In this document: in pieces, positions 9,153 to 18,997 of the stretch
How positions within the stretch are numbered: the stretch's first letter is position 1
Layout of the letters: every line of letters starts with the position of its first letter
Origin: Spirochaetia bacterium
GTDB lineage: Bacteria; Spirochaetota; Spirochaetia; Sphaerochaetales; Sphaerochaetaceae
Assembly: GCA_900769955.1 (NCBI GenBank)
Contig: CAAGIP010000211.1
Location: 252 to 64,251, forward strand
Direction of reading: 5' to 3'
Length of the DNA: 64,000 bases
Notes under the pieces: model-generated
Databases searched by the model: none
Seen by the model: only the letters and a program-made list of their open reading frames with translations
Told to the model about the DNA's origin: nothing
Translations under genes and position numbers: made by a program

Positions 9153-10085
9153 ATGCAAGGTAGTATAAGAAGGGCCATAAACAATCTTTACAACGTTTTT
9201 GCCGAGGACGGCAGAACATACAGCTGCAGGATCAAGGGCAAGAAACTTCCCCTTGAGGAGTATGAGTACAATCCACTGGCGGTAGGGGATAATGTGGATT
9301 TTGCTCCGTACAGTGAGACGGAAGGACTCATAACCAGGAGACTTGAAAGGAAGAGCGTATTCAGAAGATGGAACATAAAGCTTGAGAAGAACCAGACAAT
9401 AGCGGCAAATATGGATCAGGTCGCGATTGTGACGAGTGCAGCATCCCCACCGTTCCGACCCAGGTTCCTGGACAGGGCACTTGCATGCGCAACCGGATGT
9501 GAACGCATCATTGTCATGAATAAATGTGACTATGACCTTACTGAATATGAGTTTGACCGCTGGGCCCTCTATCACCGTCTGGGCTACAGGATTATTGCCG
9601 TAAGTGCCGCAACAGGTGAGAACATCGATGAGCTCAAAAAACTGTTGAGAGGTAAGACGACTGCATTCGTGGGTCAGTCCGGTGTCGGTAAGTCCACACT
9701 GGTGAACCTCATTACTGAGCCTGAGGTACTCCAGGTAACAGGCGAAATATGTGAAAAGTATCAGAGGGGACGTCATACGACAAATCATGCACTCTGGCTT
9801 GAGAAGGATGACATCAGGATCATAGACACTCCGGGCGTGAGGGAACTGCTTGTTCCGCTTGAGGATGTTTCACTTCTTTCTGCATCATTTCCCGAGTTCT
9901 CCCGTTTTGAATGTGCTTTTTCCGGCTGCACCCACACCGATGAACCGGACTGCGGGGTAAAGGATGCCGTTGAAGAGGAGCTTATCGACTTTGACAGGTA
10001 TGAATCATACCTACACATGTATGAAAGCCTTAAGGAACGCTCTCCCCAGTGGGCAAGAACTAAGTTCAGGAAGAACAAACAATGA
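9153..10085 (+). CDS. rsgA: Ribosome small subunit-dependent GTPase A
   Basis: Circularly permuted GTPase NKCD...GQSGVGKST...GRHTT...DTPG; Zn site CAFSGCTHTDEPDC. Start set at ATG 9153. Confidence 0.95.
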   Translation: MQGSIRRAINNLYNVFAEDGRTYSCRIKGKKLPLEEYEYNPLAVGDNVDFAPYSETEGLITRRLERKSVFRRWNIKLEKNQTIAANMDQVAIVTSAASPPFRPRFLDRALACATGCERIIVMNKCDYDLTEYEFDRWALYHRLGYRIIAVSAATGENIDELKKLLRGKTTAFVGQSGVGKSTLVNLITEPEVLQVTGEICEKYQRGRHTTNHALWLEKDDIRIIDTPGVRELLVPLEDVSLLSASFPEFSRFECAFSGCTHTDEPDCGVKDAVEEELIDFDRYESYLHMYESLKERSPQWARTKFRKNKQ

Positions 10086-12358
10086 ACGACAACACTATAC
10101 GCGATCTTGAAATAAATGAAATCCTCTTTCTGATATCCCGCTATTCCATCTCGGATAGCGGCAGGAAGAAGATAAATCCTTCTGCCTTCACGCACGATTG
10201 TGAAGTAATTGAGAAGCGTGCCTCAAGAATAGGCGGGATACTCTGTACAGTTTCCGAAAAGGGGGAATTTGCTTCATATTTCGTCTCACTTGAGAGGATA
10301 TTCACATTTACGGGCTCCGCATGCTATGAGGGACGTGACATTCATGCATGCGGTTCCTTCCTGCAGTCACTTAAGTATCTGGAAGCATATATTGACAAGA
10401 TTCTTATGGACAGTGAGCTGAAGAAGCTTGCCCATGACATTCTTGAGGCTGTCGATGAGGAAGGTCTTGTAAAGGAAACCCATCCGCTGCTGTATCCCCT
10501 TTACAGAAAGGCTGAGGAAGTAAGGCAGAAGCGCCAGATCTACTCCCAGGGCTTTTTATCATCCCACCAGGATGCGGCTCAGAACCTGAATGCGGTTTAC
10601 AGGAACGAAAGGGTCGTGCTTCCCATAAGAAGGGAGAAGAGAGGGGAAGTAAGCGGTTACATTCAGGGTGCTTCCCAGTCGGGCGGAACGCTTTACATCG
10701 AGCCATTTGAACTTGTTGATCTCAATAATCAGGTAGTGCTTGCAGAGGATGAGATAGCAAGGATGAAGCATCAGATACTTCTTGACCTTTCGGAGAGGAT
10801 AAGGGCAAGGGTATCCTCGCTGAAGAAGGCTGATTCCTTCGTCGCGGACTTTGACTTTCACTATGCCTTTGCACTCTTCATCAGGAAAACAAATTCAAAG
10901 AGAGTTTCTGTCGGCAGCACTTTATCGCTTATCAATGCAAGACATCCCCTGCTCGGGAAAAGGGCTGTTCCCATCACACTGGTCCTGAACGAAGGAATAA
11001 AGGCTGTCGTGCTTTCCGGTGCGAATGCAGGCGGTAAGACTGTTTCCATGAAGACTGCGGCAGTATGTGTCTTTCTCAATCAGATGACAGGTTATGCACC
11101 ATGTGATGAGGCTTCCGTGCTTCCGCTTTTCAATGCGGTTTATACCGACATCGGGGACGGACAGTCTATCAGCGACAGTTTTTCAACATTCAGCCACCAC
11201 ATGGCAAATGTGGCAAAGATTACTGCAGAATCAGATGAAAAGAGTCTTATTCTCCTTGATGAGCTCGGAAGCGGAACTGATCCGGAGGAGGGTGCTGCGC
11301 TTACGATCGCATTGCTTGATTACCTTGCGGCAAAGGGAAGCACCGTATTCACGACCTCCCACTACGGGAGCGTTAAGATGCATGCATACTCAAGCGATGT
11401 AATGATGAATGCAAGCATGGAGTTTGACGAGCGATCGGAAAAACCGACTTACAGGATAATCCCCGGCCTTCCCGGGGAAAGCCATGCGATAGAGACTGCA
11501 AAGAGGATGGGACTTCCTAAGGAAGTAATTGCCGCTGCAAGGGAAAACATCGGAACTTCAGCCAATGTGACGAAGCTCATGAATGAGCTAGCGGGCCGAA
11601 ACCGGGCACTTGACAGGAAGATAACTCAGCTGGAACTGGAAAAAAGGGCGCTTGCCGCAAGGGAAAAGGATGCTGAGAAGAAGGCTTCTGAATACGATGA
11701 GCTGATGAGAAGGATTCAGAAAGAAGGTGCAGGTGACATAAACAGCTTTCTCAATGAATCGAGAAGGGAGCTTGAAAAGCTGGTTCACGATGTTTCCACA
11801 GGAAAACTGACACGTGAAAAGACACGCAGCGTCAAGGCGTTCCTCCAGAAGGTATCGGACAGGTCTGATGAGGCCAAAGCGGAAAAGGAGCGGCTTGAGC
11901 AGGAAGAAATCGAGAAGATAGACACTGTCTATAAGGTTGGGGATGATGTGTTCTGCGGCTCCTACGACAGGAGGGGCGTAATCCTCCGGGACGAGGGAAA
12001 GGGAAGGTATCTTGTTTCCGTCGGAGCGATGAAGATGACACTTTCAAAAAAGGACCTGAAGCCTGCTCCGAAGGAAGATGTTAAGGCTTCCTCGTCATAC
12101 CGCATTTCCGCAGTAAGGCCTCAGGCCGTACTTGATGTGAGGGGAAAAACGCTTAAGGAAACGCTTGAGCTTCTTGACACCCAGATCGAAGGGTGTCTTG
12201 TCCACTCCCTCTCATCGTTCGGGATCATCCATGGTTATGGTGACGGAATTCTCTCCCGCGGCATTCATGAATACCTTAAGAAGCAGAAGGATGTAAAGGA
12301 TTACCGCTTCGCCGCCCCTGAGGACGGCGGTATGGGAAAGACTTACGTGTTCTTCTGA
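10082..12358 (+). CDS. mutS2: MutS2 with C-terminal Smr domain
   Basis: SGANAGGKT, DIGDGQS, LLDELGSGTDP, and Smr motifs IIHGYGDGIL...GGMG. Confidence 0.93.
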   Translation: MNDNTIRDLEINEILFLISRYSISDSGRKKINPSAFTHDCEVIEKRASRIGGILCTVSEKGEFASYFVSLERIFTFTGSACYEGRDIHACGSFLQSLKYLEAYIDKILMDSELKKLAHDILEAVDEEGLVKETHPLLYPLYRKAEEVRQKRQIYSQGFLSSHQDAAQNLNAVYRNERVVLPIRREKRGEVSGYIQGASQSGGTLYIEPFELVDLNNQVVLAEDEIARMKHQILLDLSERIRARVSSLKKADSFVADFDFHYAFALFIRKTNSKRVSVGSTLSLINARHPLLGKRAVPITLVLNEGIKAVVLSGANAGGKTVSMKTAAVCVFLNQMTGYAPCDEASVLPLFNAVYTDIGDGQSISDSFSTFSHHMANVAKITAESDEKSLILLDELGSGTDPEEGAALTIALLDYLAAKGSTVFTTSHYGSVKMHAYSSDVMMNASMEFDERSEKPTYRIIPGLPGESHAIETAKRMGLPKEVIAAARENIGTSANVTKLMNELAGRNRALDRKITQLELEKRALAAREKDAEKKASEYDELMRRIQKEGAGDINSFLNESRRELEKLVHDVSTGKLTREKTRSVKAFLQKVSDRSDEAKAEKERLEQEEIEKIDTVYKVGDDVFCGSYDRRGVILRDEGKGRYLVSVGAMKMTLSKKDLKPAPKEDVKASSSYRISAVRPQAVLDVRGKTLKETLELLDTQIEGCLVHSLSSFGIIHGYGDGILSRGIHEYLKKQKDVKDYRFAAPEDGGMGKTYVFF

Positions 12359-13209
12359 GGCAGCTCGGCCAGAAGCACTGCTGCAAAGACGACGGCGCAC
12401 CCGATAAGCTCTTTGGCACTGAGCGTGTCCCCGAGGATCACCCAGGCGGCAAGCACGCTGAAAACGCTCTCAAGGGAGAGTACCAGGGTTGCGACCGTCG
12501 GATGGATGTATTTCTGTGCCACAACCTGAAGCGTGTATGCAATGCCGCAGGAGAATACACCGGCATACAGCACGGGGACGGCTGCCTTCATGATGAGGTC
12601 AAACCTTATCGTCTCAGTAAGCAGTGCACCTATAAGGCAGATGATGCCGCTCGTAAAGAACTGAAGGCATGAGAGAGTTATGCCGTCCACGTCGGTGAAA
12701 CGGTCGATGACGATGATGTGGATTGCAAAGAAAAGCGCGCAGAAAAGCAGGTACATGTCTCCCTTTTCGATGTAAAACGTATCTCCTATGCATAGCAGAT
12801 ACATGCCTGCAACTGCCATGAGTGCGTATAAGAAAATCTTCTTATTAACCTTTCTTCCCATCATGAGGAGGATAATCGGGACGAAGATGTTGTAAAGGGA
12901 AGTGATGAAGCCTCCCTTGCCCGCACCTGAATACTCAACTCCGATCTGCTGGACGACAGATGCAATCGCAAGGGCCGTGCCGCAGCATGCTCCGGCAAGG
13001 ACACTCCGCTTATCATCCTTTGCACTGATTTTCCTTCCTTTTCTGTTTTTCATGACGAAGGGAATAAGTACTGCGGATCCGATGAAGAATCTCGTGAAGT
13101 TGAAGGTGAATGGTCCGAGGAAATCACTTGAAACATCCTGGGCCACAAACGAACAGCCCCAGATCAGGGCTGTCAGAAGAAGCAGTAAAGTTGCCGTTTT
13201 CTTGTTCAT
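12343..13209 (-). CDS. DMT/EamA family transporter
   Basis: About ten TM segments; IWGCSF, GIAYTLQ, LESVF. Confidence 0.92.
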   Translation of the reverse strand: MNKKTATLLLLLTALIWGCSFVAQDVSSDFLGPFTFNFTRFFIGSAVLIPFVMKNRKGRKISAKDDKRSVLAGACCGTALAIASVVQQIGVEYSGAGKGGFITSLYNIFVPIILLMMGRKVNKKIFLYALMAVAGMYLLCIGDTFYIEKGDMYLLFCALFFAIHIIVIDRFTDVDGITLSCLQFFTSGIICLIGALLTETIRFDLIMKAAVPVLYAGVFSCGIAYTLQVVAQKYIHPTVATLVLSLESVFSVLAAWVILGDTLSAKELIGCAVVFAAVLLAELPQKNT

Positions 13210-13760
13210 GGGAGAGGACTATAACACTGAATACGGAAAAAATCATCCTTTTTCAGGATATAAATCATGAGATCTGTCTCTCTTCCGTCAGGAGATGTGC
13301 CGTAGTGGGGGATGTGCCCGGTAAGCGTGAAGCCAAGCCTCTCAATTACCTTCCGGCTTTTAGCGTTGAAGGAAAAGTGCTCTGCGCTGACTGCATCAAG
13401 TCGGAGCTCCTCAAAGCCGTATTGCATTAGCCTCATGCATGCTTCGTGCATATAGCCATTATGCCAGTACTGAGATCCGAGATAGTAGCCGAGCGCCATA
13501 ACCTTGCTGTTTTTCCTCAGCGTGTCCCTGTGGAGTGATACATTTCCCATTAGAGCGCCATCACTTTTTCTGATGATCGCATATGCGTCTTCATCGGGAT
13601 TATTTGTAAGTATGGTTTTTATGACATTCAGGGATTCATCCGCACTTTTATGGCATGGCCATCCGCAGGGAGGTCCTACCAGCGGCTCCCTCGCAATTTC
13701 AAAGAGGGCAGGGGCATCAGCTTCCATCCAGTGTCTTAATATCAGTCGTTCGCTTTCCAT
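13206..13760 (-). CDS. GNAT N-acetyltransferase, RimJ/RimL-like
   Basis: ESERLILR, LGY..YWHNGYMHEA, NAKSRKVIERLGF. Start set at ATG 13760. Confidence 0.88.
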   Translation of the reverse strand: MESERLILRHWMEADAPALFEIAREPLVGPPCGWPCHKSADESLNVIKTILTNNPDEDAYAIIRKSDGALMGNVSLHRDTLRKNSKVMALGYYLGSQYWHNGYMHEACMRLMQYGFEELRLDAVSAEHFSFNAKSRKVIERLGFTLTGHIPHYGTSPDGRETDLMIYILKKDDFFRIQCYSPLP

Positions 13761-13766
13761 TTTGAC

Positions 13767-13816
13767 AAAATAACCCAACTTTCACCTATGGACAATATAA
13801 AATATAGGTATATAAT
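13767..13816. promoter_or_regulatory. Divergent promoters for GNAT and acnX with overlapping -35 boxes
   Basis: Minus: TTGTCC(13795-13790)-17-TATTTT(13772-13767)-6-ATG. Plus: TGGACA(13789-13794)-16-TATAAT(13811-13816). Confidence 0.6.
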
Positions 13817-13877
13817 GAAATTAACTTTTCTGACATTTTCAGTGATTTTGTCAAATGAAAGGATAAGGAGAGACAAT

Positions 13878-15146
13878 ATGCAGCTCACAGCCAGACAGCA
13901 GGCCATTTACGACGGACGTGAAGGCGAAGTCAAGGCAAAGATAATGAAGACTCTTGTCATGTACGGCGAGACATTCGGCTCTGACCGCATGGCAGACATC
14001 ACGGGCGAGTACGGCCATCTTGTAACAAGCTTCGGCCTATCGGTGATGAAGCCGGTCTATGAACTCATGGATCAGATCATCGCCTCTGGTGCGGTATCGG
14101 GACAGAAGTTCACTGTCGATCCGAAGCCGCTTGATCCTAAGGTGCCCAAGAACCTGATACAGGAAATTTTCTTCCGGGTAATGTACTCGAAGCAGAAGGA
14201 CTATGACGAACAGCTTAAGAAGCTCGGAATAATCTCAGATGATGGATATACATGCACGTGCTACATGAATGAGGTAGGCAATGTGCCCAAAAAGGGCGAC
14301 ATACTTTCCTGGGCGGAGAGCTCGGCAGTCGTCTATGCCAACAGCGTACTCGGTGCAAGGTGCAACAGAAACAGCGGTATTTTCGATCTTTTCGGTTCCA
14401 TCGTGGGCTGTGTGCCTTACTTCGGACTTCTCACCGATGAAGGAAGAAAGGCTGACTGGCTTATCGAAGTCAGGACTTCGAAGAAGCCTGAAGCCCAGCT
14501 GCTGGGTTCTGCCATCGGCATGAAGGTGATGGAAGACGTTCCCTTCGTCACCGGACTTGATAAGTGGATACATACCCTTGATGACGATGCGAAGTCCTAT
14601 TTCAAGGACTTCGGTGCGGCAACCGCAAGTAACGGCGCCGTCGGTCTTTACCACATTGAAAACCTCACACCTGAAGCAGTGGAAAGCGGAAGGGCCCTCC
14701 TTAAGAGCGGCTATAAGACCTATGTGATCGATGATGCCGAGCTTGAGAGAGTGCAGAAAAGCTATCCTGTGATCTGGAAGGATCCTGCGGCACAGCCAAA
14801 GCTTGCATTTATCGGATGCCCCCATCTTTCAGCGGCACAGCTGAAAGCCTGGGCTGAGAACATCAGTTCGTCATTACAGAAAAATGGAAAGAAGAAGGTC
14901 GTAATCCCAACGGTCATGACTGCAGCCCCCGCAGTCGTTAAGGAATTTGAACGTGATCCTCTTTACTCAGTGCTTGAGAAAGCAGGTGTGGTCATTTCCT
15001 CGATCTGTCCCCTTATGTACATGAACAACCCGCAGTGCGGAAAGATGCCTGTGATAACGTGCTCCAACAAGCTCAGGACATACACGAGCGCGAAGTACAT
15101 GAAGGAAGCGGAACTGCTTGATGCAATCACGGGAGGTGCAAGATGA
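13878..15146 (+). CDS. Aconitase X catalytic (large) subunit, DUF521 family
   Basis: CTCY, WAESSAVVYANSVLGAR, FGAATASNGAVGLYHI, IGCPHLS; SD AAGGAG before ATG 13878. Confidence 0.88.
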   Translation: MQLTARQQAIYDGREGEVKAKIMKTLVMYGETFGSDRMADITGEYGHLVTSFGLSVMKPVYELMDQIIASGAVSGQKFTVDPKPLDPKVPKNLIQEIFFRVMYSKQKDYDEQLKKLGIISDDGYTCTCYMNEVGNVPKKGDILSWAESSAVVYANSVLGARCNRNSGIFDLFGSIVGCVPYFGLLTDEGRKADWLIEVRTSKKPEAQLLGSAIGMKVMEDVPFVTGLDKWIHTLDDDAKSYFKDFGAATASNGAVGLYHIENLTPEAVESGRALLKSGYKTYVIDDAELERVQKSYPVIWKDPAAQPKLAFIGCPHLSAAQLKAWAENISSSLQKNGKKKVVIPTVMTAAPAVVKEFERDPLYSVLEKAGVVISSICPLMYMNNPQCGKMPVITCSNKLRTYTSAKYMKEAELLDAITGGAR

Positions 15147-15589
15147 AAAAGACATTTAAGGGCAGGGTTGTCGTTAAGGGAAGTGCAAAGGCTGAGGCAC
15201 TTGTCAGCCACGGCGGCTTAAATACGCTTGCTTCCTATCAGCACTCACTGATGTTCGGTGACAAAACGGCAAAGTGTTCGGACCAGAATAACGGTGATCT
15301 CTACGGTAAGGCTATGGCCGGAAAGGCTCTGTGCATGCCTCAGACGATCGGATCCACGACAGGAGGACTCGTACTCTTCTGCGCAGCCAGCATGGAGCGC
15401 CAGGCGGCATGCCTGCTGTTCTCAAAGCCGATCGACTCTCTTGCGGCGGCAGGTGCGATCCTTGCTGACGTATGGACAGAGCACTCAATGCCGACTGTGG
15501 ACAGTCTCGGGGATGAATTCCTTTCATTTGTTCAGAGCGGGGATGTGATAACCGTCAGTGAGGACGGAAAGGTAACTGTCGAACGCTGA
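15143..15589 (+). CDS. Aconitase X swivel (small) subunit, DUF126 family
   Basis: FKGRVVVKGSAKAEALVS, GSTTGG, IDSLAAAGAILA; 4-nt overlap with the large subunit. Confidence 0.88.
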   Translation: MKKTFKGRVVVKGSAKAEALVSHGGLNTLASYQHSLMFGDKTAKCSDQNNGDLYGKAMAGKALCMPQTIGSTTGGLVLFCAASMERQAACLLFSKPIDSLAAAGAILADVWTEHSMPTVDSLGDEFLSFVQSGDVITVSEDGKVTVER

Positions 15590-15598
15590 AGTAAGTAA

Positions 15599-15619
15599 GA
15601 GGCCGGTTTTCCCGGCCTC
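15599..15619. terminator. Hairpin between convergent acnX and oxidoreductase genes
   Basis: GAGGCCGG-TTTTC-CCGGCCTC; no strong U-tract. Confidence 0.55.
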
Positions 15620-15631
15620 GCATTATATCAA

Positions 15632-17683
15632 TCAGATCTTTGCGGCAGTTTCGAATGCCTTCCAGATTACCGATCTCAGGTTTCCGACCTTGACGCAGTC
15701 TCCGACCAGCTTTACCTTACCGCCTGCCTTTGCAAGGGGAGCGGGAATGTATCCGGCAGACATGATTACATCATCGGTTTTAATGGTGATCTCACTTCCG
15801 TCCTTACGTGTACAGATTATTTCTCCGTCCTTTACTTCCTTAAGCTTCGTCTCAAGGTAGACCGGAACCTTATGAAGAGCGAAGTATTCCCTGAGGTAGG
15901 AAGAGTTTGCAAGACACACTCCCTTCTGACTTACAAGATCATCCTTCATCTCCACGATGATGGGATGTTTCCCTTCAAGAGCCAGTTCATATGCGATCTC
16001 ACATCCGGTAAGGCCTCCGCCGATTACGGCAACAGTGTCACCGACCTTTTCACCTGAGAGATACTCACATGCCTCAATCGTCTTCTCAATACCGGGAACG
16101 GGAAGTCTTCTCGGCTTTGCACCCGTTGCGATGATGATGTCGAGACCCCTGAATTCATCAAGGGACTTCACTTCACTGTTAAGACGTACATCAACCTTCA
16201 GGATTTCCATCTGTCTGACATACCAGGCAAGCAGATCCCTGAGTTTGCCCTTATACGATTCAGCTGATGCTGCAATGAAGGTTCCTCCGAGTCTGTCTGA
16301 CTTTTCGTAGATCACGGGTTCATGGCCTCGGAGCTTCAGAACGCGCGCTGCCTCCATTCCACCGATTCCGCCTCCGATTATGATTACCTTCTTCGGTTTA
16401 TCGGTTTTAACGATGCGGTGCTTCTTCCACTGCATCGTTTCAGGGTTTACCGCACAGCGGGCAAGGCCGAGGGAGTCAAAGAGATCCTGATCGTTCGGAA
16501 CACCCTTATAGTGACACATGTTGAAACAGCCGTTATGACAGAGAATACAGGGCCTGATGTCCTCTGACCTGTCATTGATGAGCTTTGTGACCCACTCCTG
16601 ATCGGCAAGGAATGAGCGTGCGAATCCTGCGCCGTCAAGACGCCCTGCCGCGATTTCTTCCGCCGCAACGAACGGGTCCAGGCGTCCTGCCGCGACAACG
16701 GGGGCAGAAGTGAAGTTTCTTATGTGCTCGACATCGGCGAGGTTGCAGTTTTCCGGCATGTAGATGGGAGGATGAGCCCAGTACCAGGCATCATATGTGC
16801 CGTTATCGCAGTTGAACATGTCATATCCTGCATCGGTGAGGTACTTAACCGCCTTCTCACTTTCAGCCATGTCACGTCCGGCCTCTTTGTAGTCCTCACC
16901 GGGGAGGGCGCCTTCCCTCATGCCCTTTGTCTTTGAAACTACGGAGTAGCGGAGTGATACGGGAAAATCCTTTCCGCATGCTTTCTTGATTCCCTGAACG
17001 ATTTCCACTGCAAAGCGGTAGCGGTTTTCAAAGGAGCCGCCGTATTCATCGGTTCTTTTATTCACATAGGGGAGTGTGAACTGGTCAAGCAGATAGCCTT
17101 CATGGACAGCATGGATCTCAACACCGTCAACTCCGGCATCCTTCAGAAGCACGGCGGTCTTTATGAAGGCATCGACCATCTCGTGAATTTCGTCCTTTGT
17201 CATCTCACGGGATGGAACCTTATCTGACCAGCGGTTGGGAGATGGGCTTGCCGATGCCGTGATCTTATCGAGATTCATCACCGGCTTTGATAATACTCTC
17301 AGCACCGGGTTGGTGTAGAGCATCTCCATCATTTCAGAAACAGTGAATGACCTTCCGAATCCGGCAGTCAGCTGGATGAAGAGCTTTGCTCCCGTCTTAT
17401 GGAACTCTGGCATCCACTCCTTCAGGTCTCTGAACATCTTCTTATTCTTATAGAGCCACTGGCCGAACATCGGGTTGTAAACGGGCTGGCATCCGGGAAG
17501 CACGAGACCTGCGTTGTTTTTCGCAACCCTCATTATGAATTCTGCTCCCGCGCTGTCAAAATGGTTTTTCTCCATCCAGCCGAAGAGATCGGTTCCTCCC
17601 ATGCTTGTAAGCACGATCCTGTTTTTTATTTCACATGACCCGATCTTCCAGGGCGTGAACAGGGGCTGTAAACGTTTATCCAT
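15632..17683 (-). CDS. Old-yellow-enzyme family NADH:flavin oxidoreductase with Fe-S and FAD domains (2-enoate reductase-like)
   Basis: IKNRIV, GVEIHAVHEGYLLDQF, NKRTDEYGGSFENRYRF, CILCHNGC...CAVNP, and two Rossmann motifs (IIGGGIGG, VIGGGLTG). Confidence 0.88.
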   Translation of the reverse strand: MDKRLQPLFTPWKIGSCEIKNRIVLTSMGGTDLFGWMEKNHFDSAGAEFIMRVAKNNAGLVLPGCQPVYNPMFGQWLYKNKKMFRDLKEWMPEFHKTGAKLFIQLTAGFGRSFTVSEMMEMLYTNPVLRVLSKPVMNLDKITASASPSPNRWSDKVPSREMTKDEIHEMVDAFIKTAVLLKDAGVDGVEIHAVHEGYLLDQFTLPYVNKRTDEYGGSFENRYRFAVEIVQGIKKACGKDFPVSLRYSVVSKTKGMREGALPGEDYKEAGRDMAESEKAVKYLTDAGYDMFNCDNGTYDAWYWAHPPIYMPENCNLADVEHIRNFTSAPVVAAGRLDPFVAAEEIAAGRLDGAGFARSFLADQEWVTKLINDRSEDIRPCILCHNGCFNMCHYKGVPNDQDLFDSLGLARCAVNPETMQWKKHRIVKTDKPKKVIIIGGGIGGMEAARVLKLRGHEPVIYEKSDRLGGTFIAASAESYKGKLRDLLAWYVRQMEILKVDVRLNSEVKSLDEFRGLDIIIATGAKPRRLPVPGIEKTIEACEYLSGEKVGDTVAVIGGGLTGCEIAYELALEGKHPIIVEMKDDLVSQKGVCLANSSYLREYFALHKVPVYLETKLKEVKDGEIICTRKDGSEITIKTDDVIMSAGYIPAPLAKAGGKVKLVGDCVKVGNLRSVIWKAFETAAKI

Positions 17684-17807
17684 TTTTATTCTGACACTCC
17701 TTTGGGTTTCTGTAAAATATCATAGCACGTGTTACTGAATTCGAAAACTGTTTTCCGTTTCACTTTTCTTCTGATATAATGGAATAAATCATTTTTCAGG
17801 AGGCATT

Positions 17808-18584
17808 ATGTCAGATTACATGAACGGAACCGGTATCCAGTACCATTTAAGGATAAAGAAGGGAGATGTAGGACGCTATGTCATATTGCCGGGAGACCCT
17901 AAGAGGGTACCTCTGATTGCCGCATATCTTGACGATGCAAGGGAAGTTGCCGATTCACGTGAGTATGTTACTTATACAGGATATCTTGACGGGGAGATGG
18001 TCAGCGTGACGAGTACCGGAATTGGAGGTCCGTCAGCGTCAATTGCTATGGAAGAGCTCTATAAGTGCGGTGCAGATACATTCATCAGGATGGGTACATG
18101 CGGCGGCATTGCGCTGCCTGTGATGGGCGGCGATGTCGTCATCGCAACGGGGGCTGTCAGGATGGAAGGCACAAGCAGGGAATATGCGCCGATCGAGTTT
18201 CCGGCAGTTGCCGACTTCGATGTCGCGATGTGCTTAAGGAGTGCCGCGAGAAAGCTCGGACTCAGACACCACATGGGCGTCGTGCAGTGCAAGGACAGCT
18301 TCTACGGTCAGCATGATCCCGATATCATGCCGGTAAGTTATGAGCTTACGACCAAGTGGGAAGCGTGGAAGAGGCTGGGAGTGCTCGCAAGCGAGATGGA
18401 ATCGGCTGCGCTCTTCACCGTTGCATCTAGGCTTGGCGTCAGATGCGGCTCAGAGTTCTTCGTCGTCGGAAACCAGGAGCGGGAGAAGCTCGGTATGGAA
18501 AACCCGAAACTTCACGACACGGAGCCTGCGATCAGGGTCGCCATCGAGGGCGTGAGGGAGCTTATCAGGCTTGATAAAGAGTAA
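17808..18584 (+). CDS. udp: Uridine phosphorylase
   Basis: [35 protein letters not shown]. Confidence 0.92.
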   Translation: MSDYMNGTGIQYHLRIKKGDVGRYVILPGDPKRVPLIAAYLDDAREVADSREYVTYTGYLDGEMVSVTSTGIGGPSASIAMEELYKCGADTFIRMGTCGGIALPVMGGDVVIATGAVRMEGTSREYAPIEFPAVADFDVAMCLRSAARKLGLRHHMGVVQCKDSFYGQHDPDIMPVSYELTTKWEAWKRLGVLASEMESAALFTVASRLGVRCGSEFFVVGNQEREKLGMENPKLHDTEPAIRVAIEGVRELIRLDKE

Positions 18585-18867
18585 TTCCTTTATCAAGGTA
18601 TTCCTTTTTCGTCATTTCCAGCAGGGCGGACAGATCCTGTCCGTCTTCCTTTTTTCTGACAAGATCGATCGTGAAAAGCTCAAGGCCTGTTTTCGAATAA
18701 TCTTCCTGCAGCCGGGCGCATGGATGGATACCGAGATCGAGTGAGAACCTCTCATCGGCACGCGTCTTTATGATGTCTTCCGTGGTGCCGAGATAAGTCA
18801 TGTCGGTCCTGAGGTTTCTAACTGCATATACGCCTGCTTCCTTTCTTCCGATCAGATAATCGTTCAT
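18565..18867 (-). CDS. Small GIY-YIG-family protein, divergent
   Basis: GVYAVRN...TYLG and [17 protein letters not shown] before ATG 18867. Confidence 0.65.
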   Translation of the reverse strand: MNDYLIGRKEAGVYAVRNLRTDMTYLGTTEDIIKTRADERFSLDLGIHPCARLQEDYSKTGLELFTIDLVRKKEDGQDLSALLEMTKKEYLDKGITLYQA

Positions 18868-18997
18868 TTTTTTTACAATTCTCCTGTTTTGATGCAAAGA
18901 AACATTCTTTACTGAAATTTTAGTTTTCTTTCACCATTTTTTACTATATCATAAAAAATGAGATTTTTTGATCTAACATTGATAAAGGTGGAATATC

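Noticed and set aside
7297..14825. Long antisense ORFs (7297-7872, 9132-9788, 14235-14825) and similar ones elsewhere
   Set aside because: They are shadows of well-supported genes on the opposite strand, with no recognisable motifs or initiation signals.
13878..15589. Archaeal-type mevalonate pathway via AcnX
   Set aside because: No mevalonate kinase, UbiD/UbiX or HMG-CoA genes nearby, and ispG (MEP pathway) is in the window. Not excluded genome-wide.
18565..18897. Homing endonuclease or mobile intron
   Set aside because: No interrupted host gene, no DNA-binding extension and no intron-like flanks.
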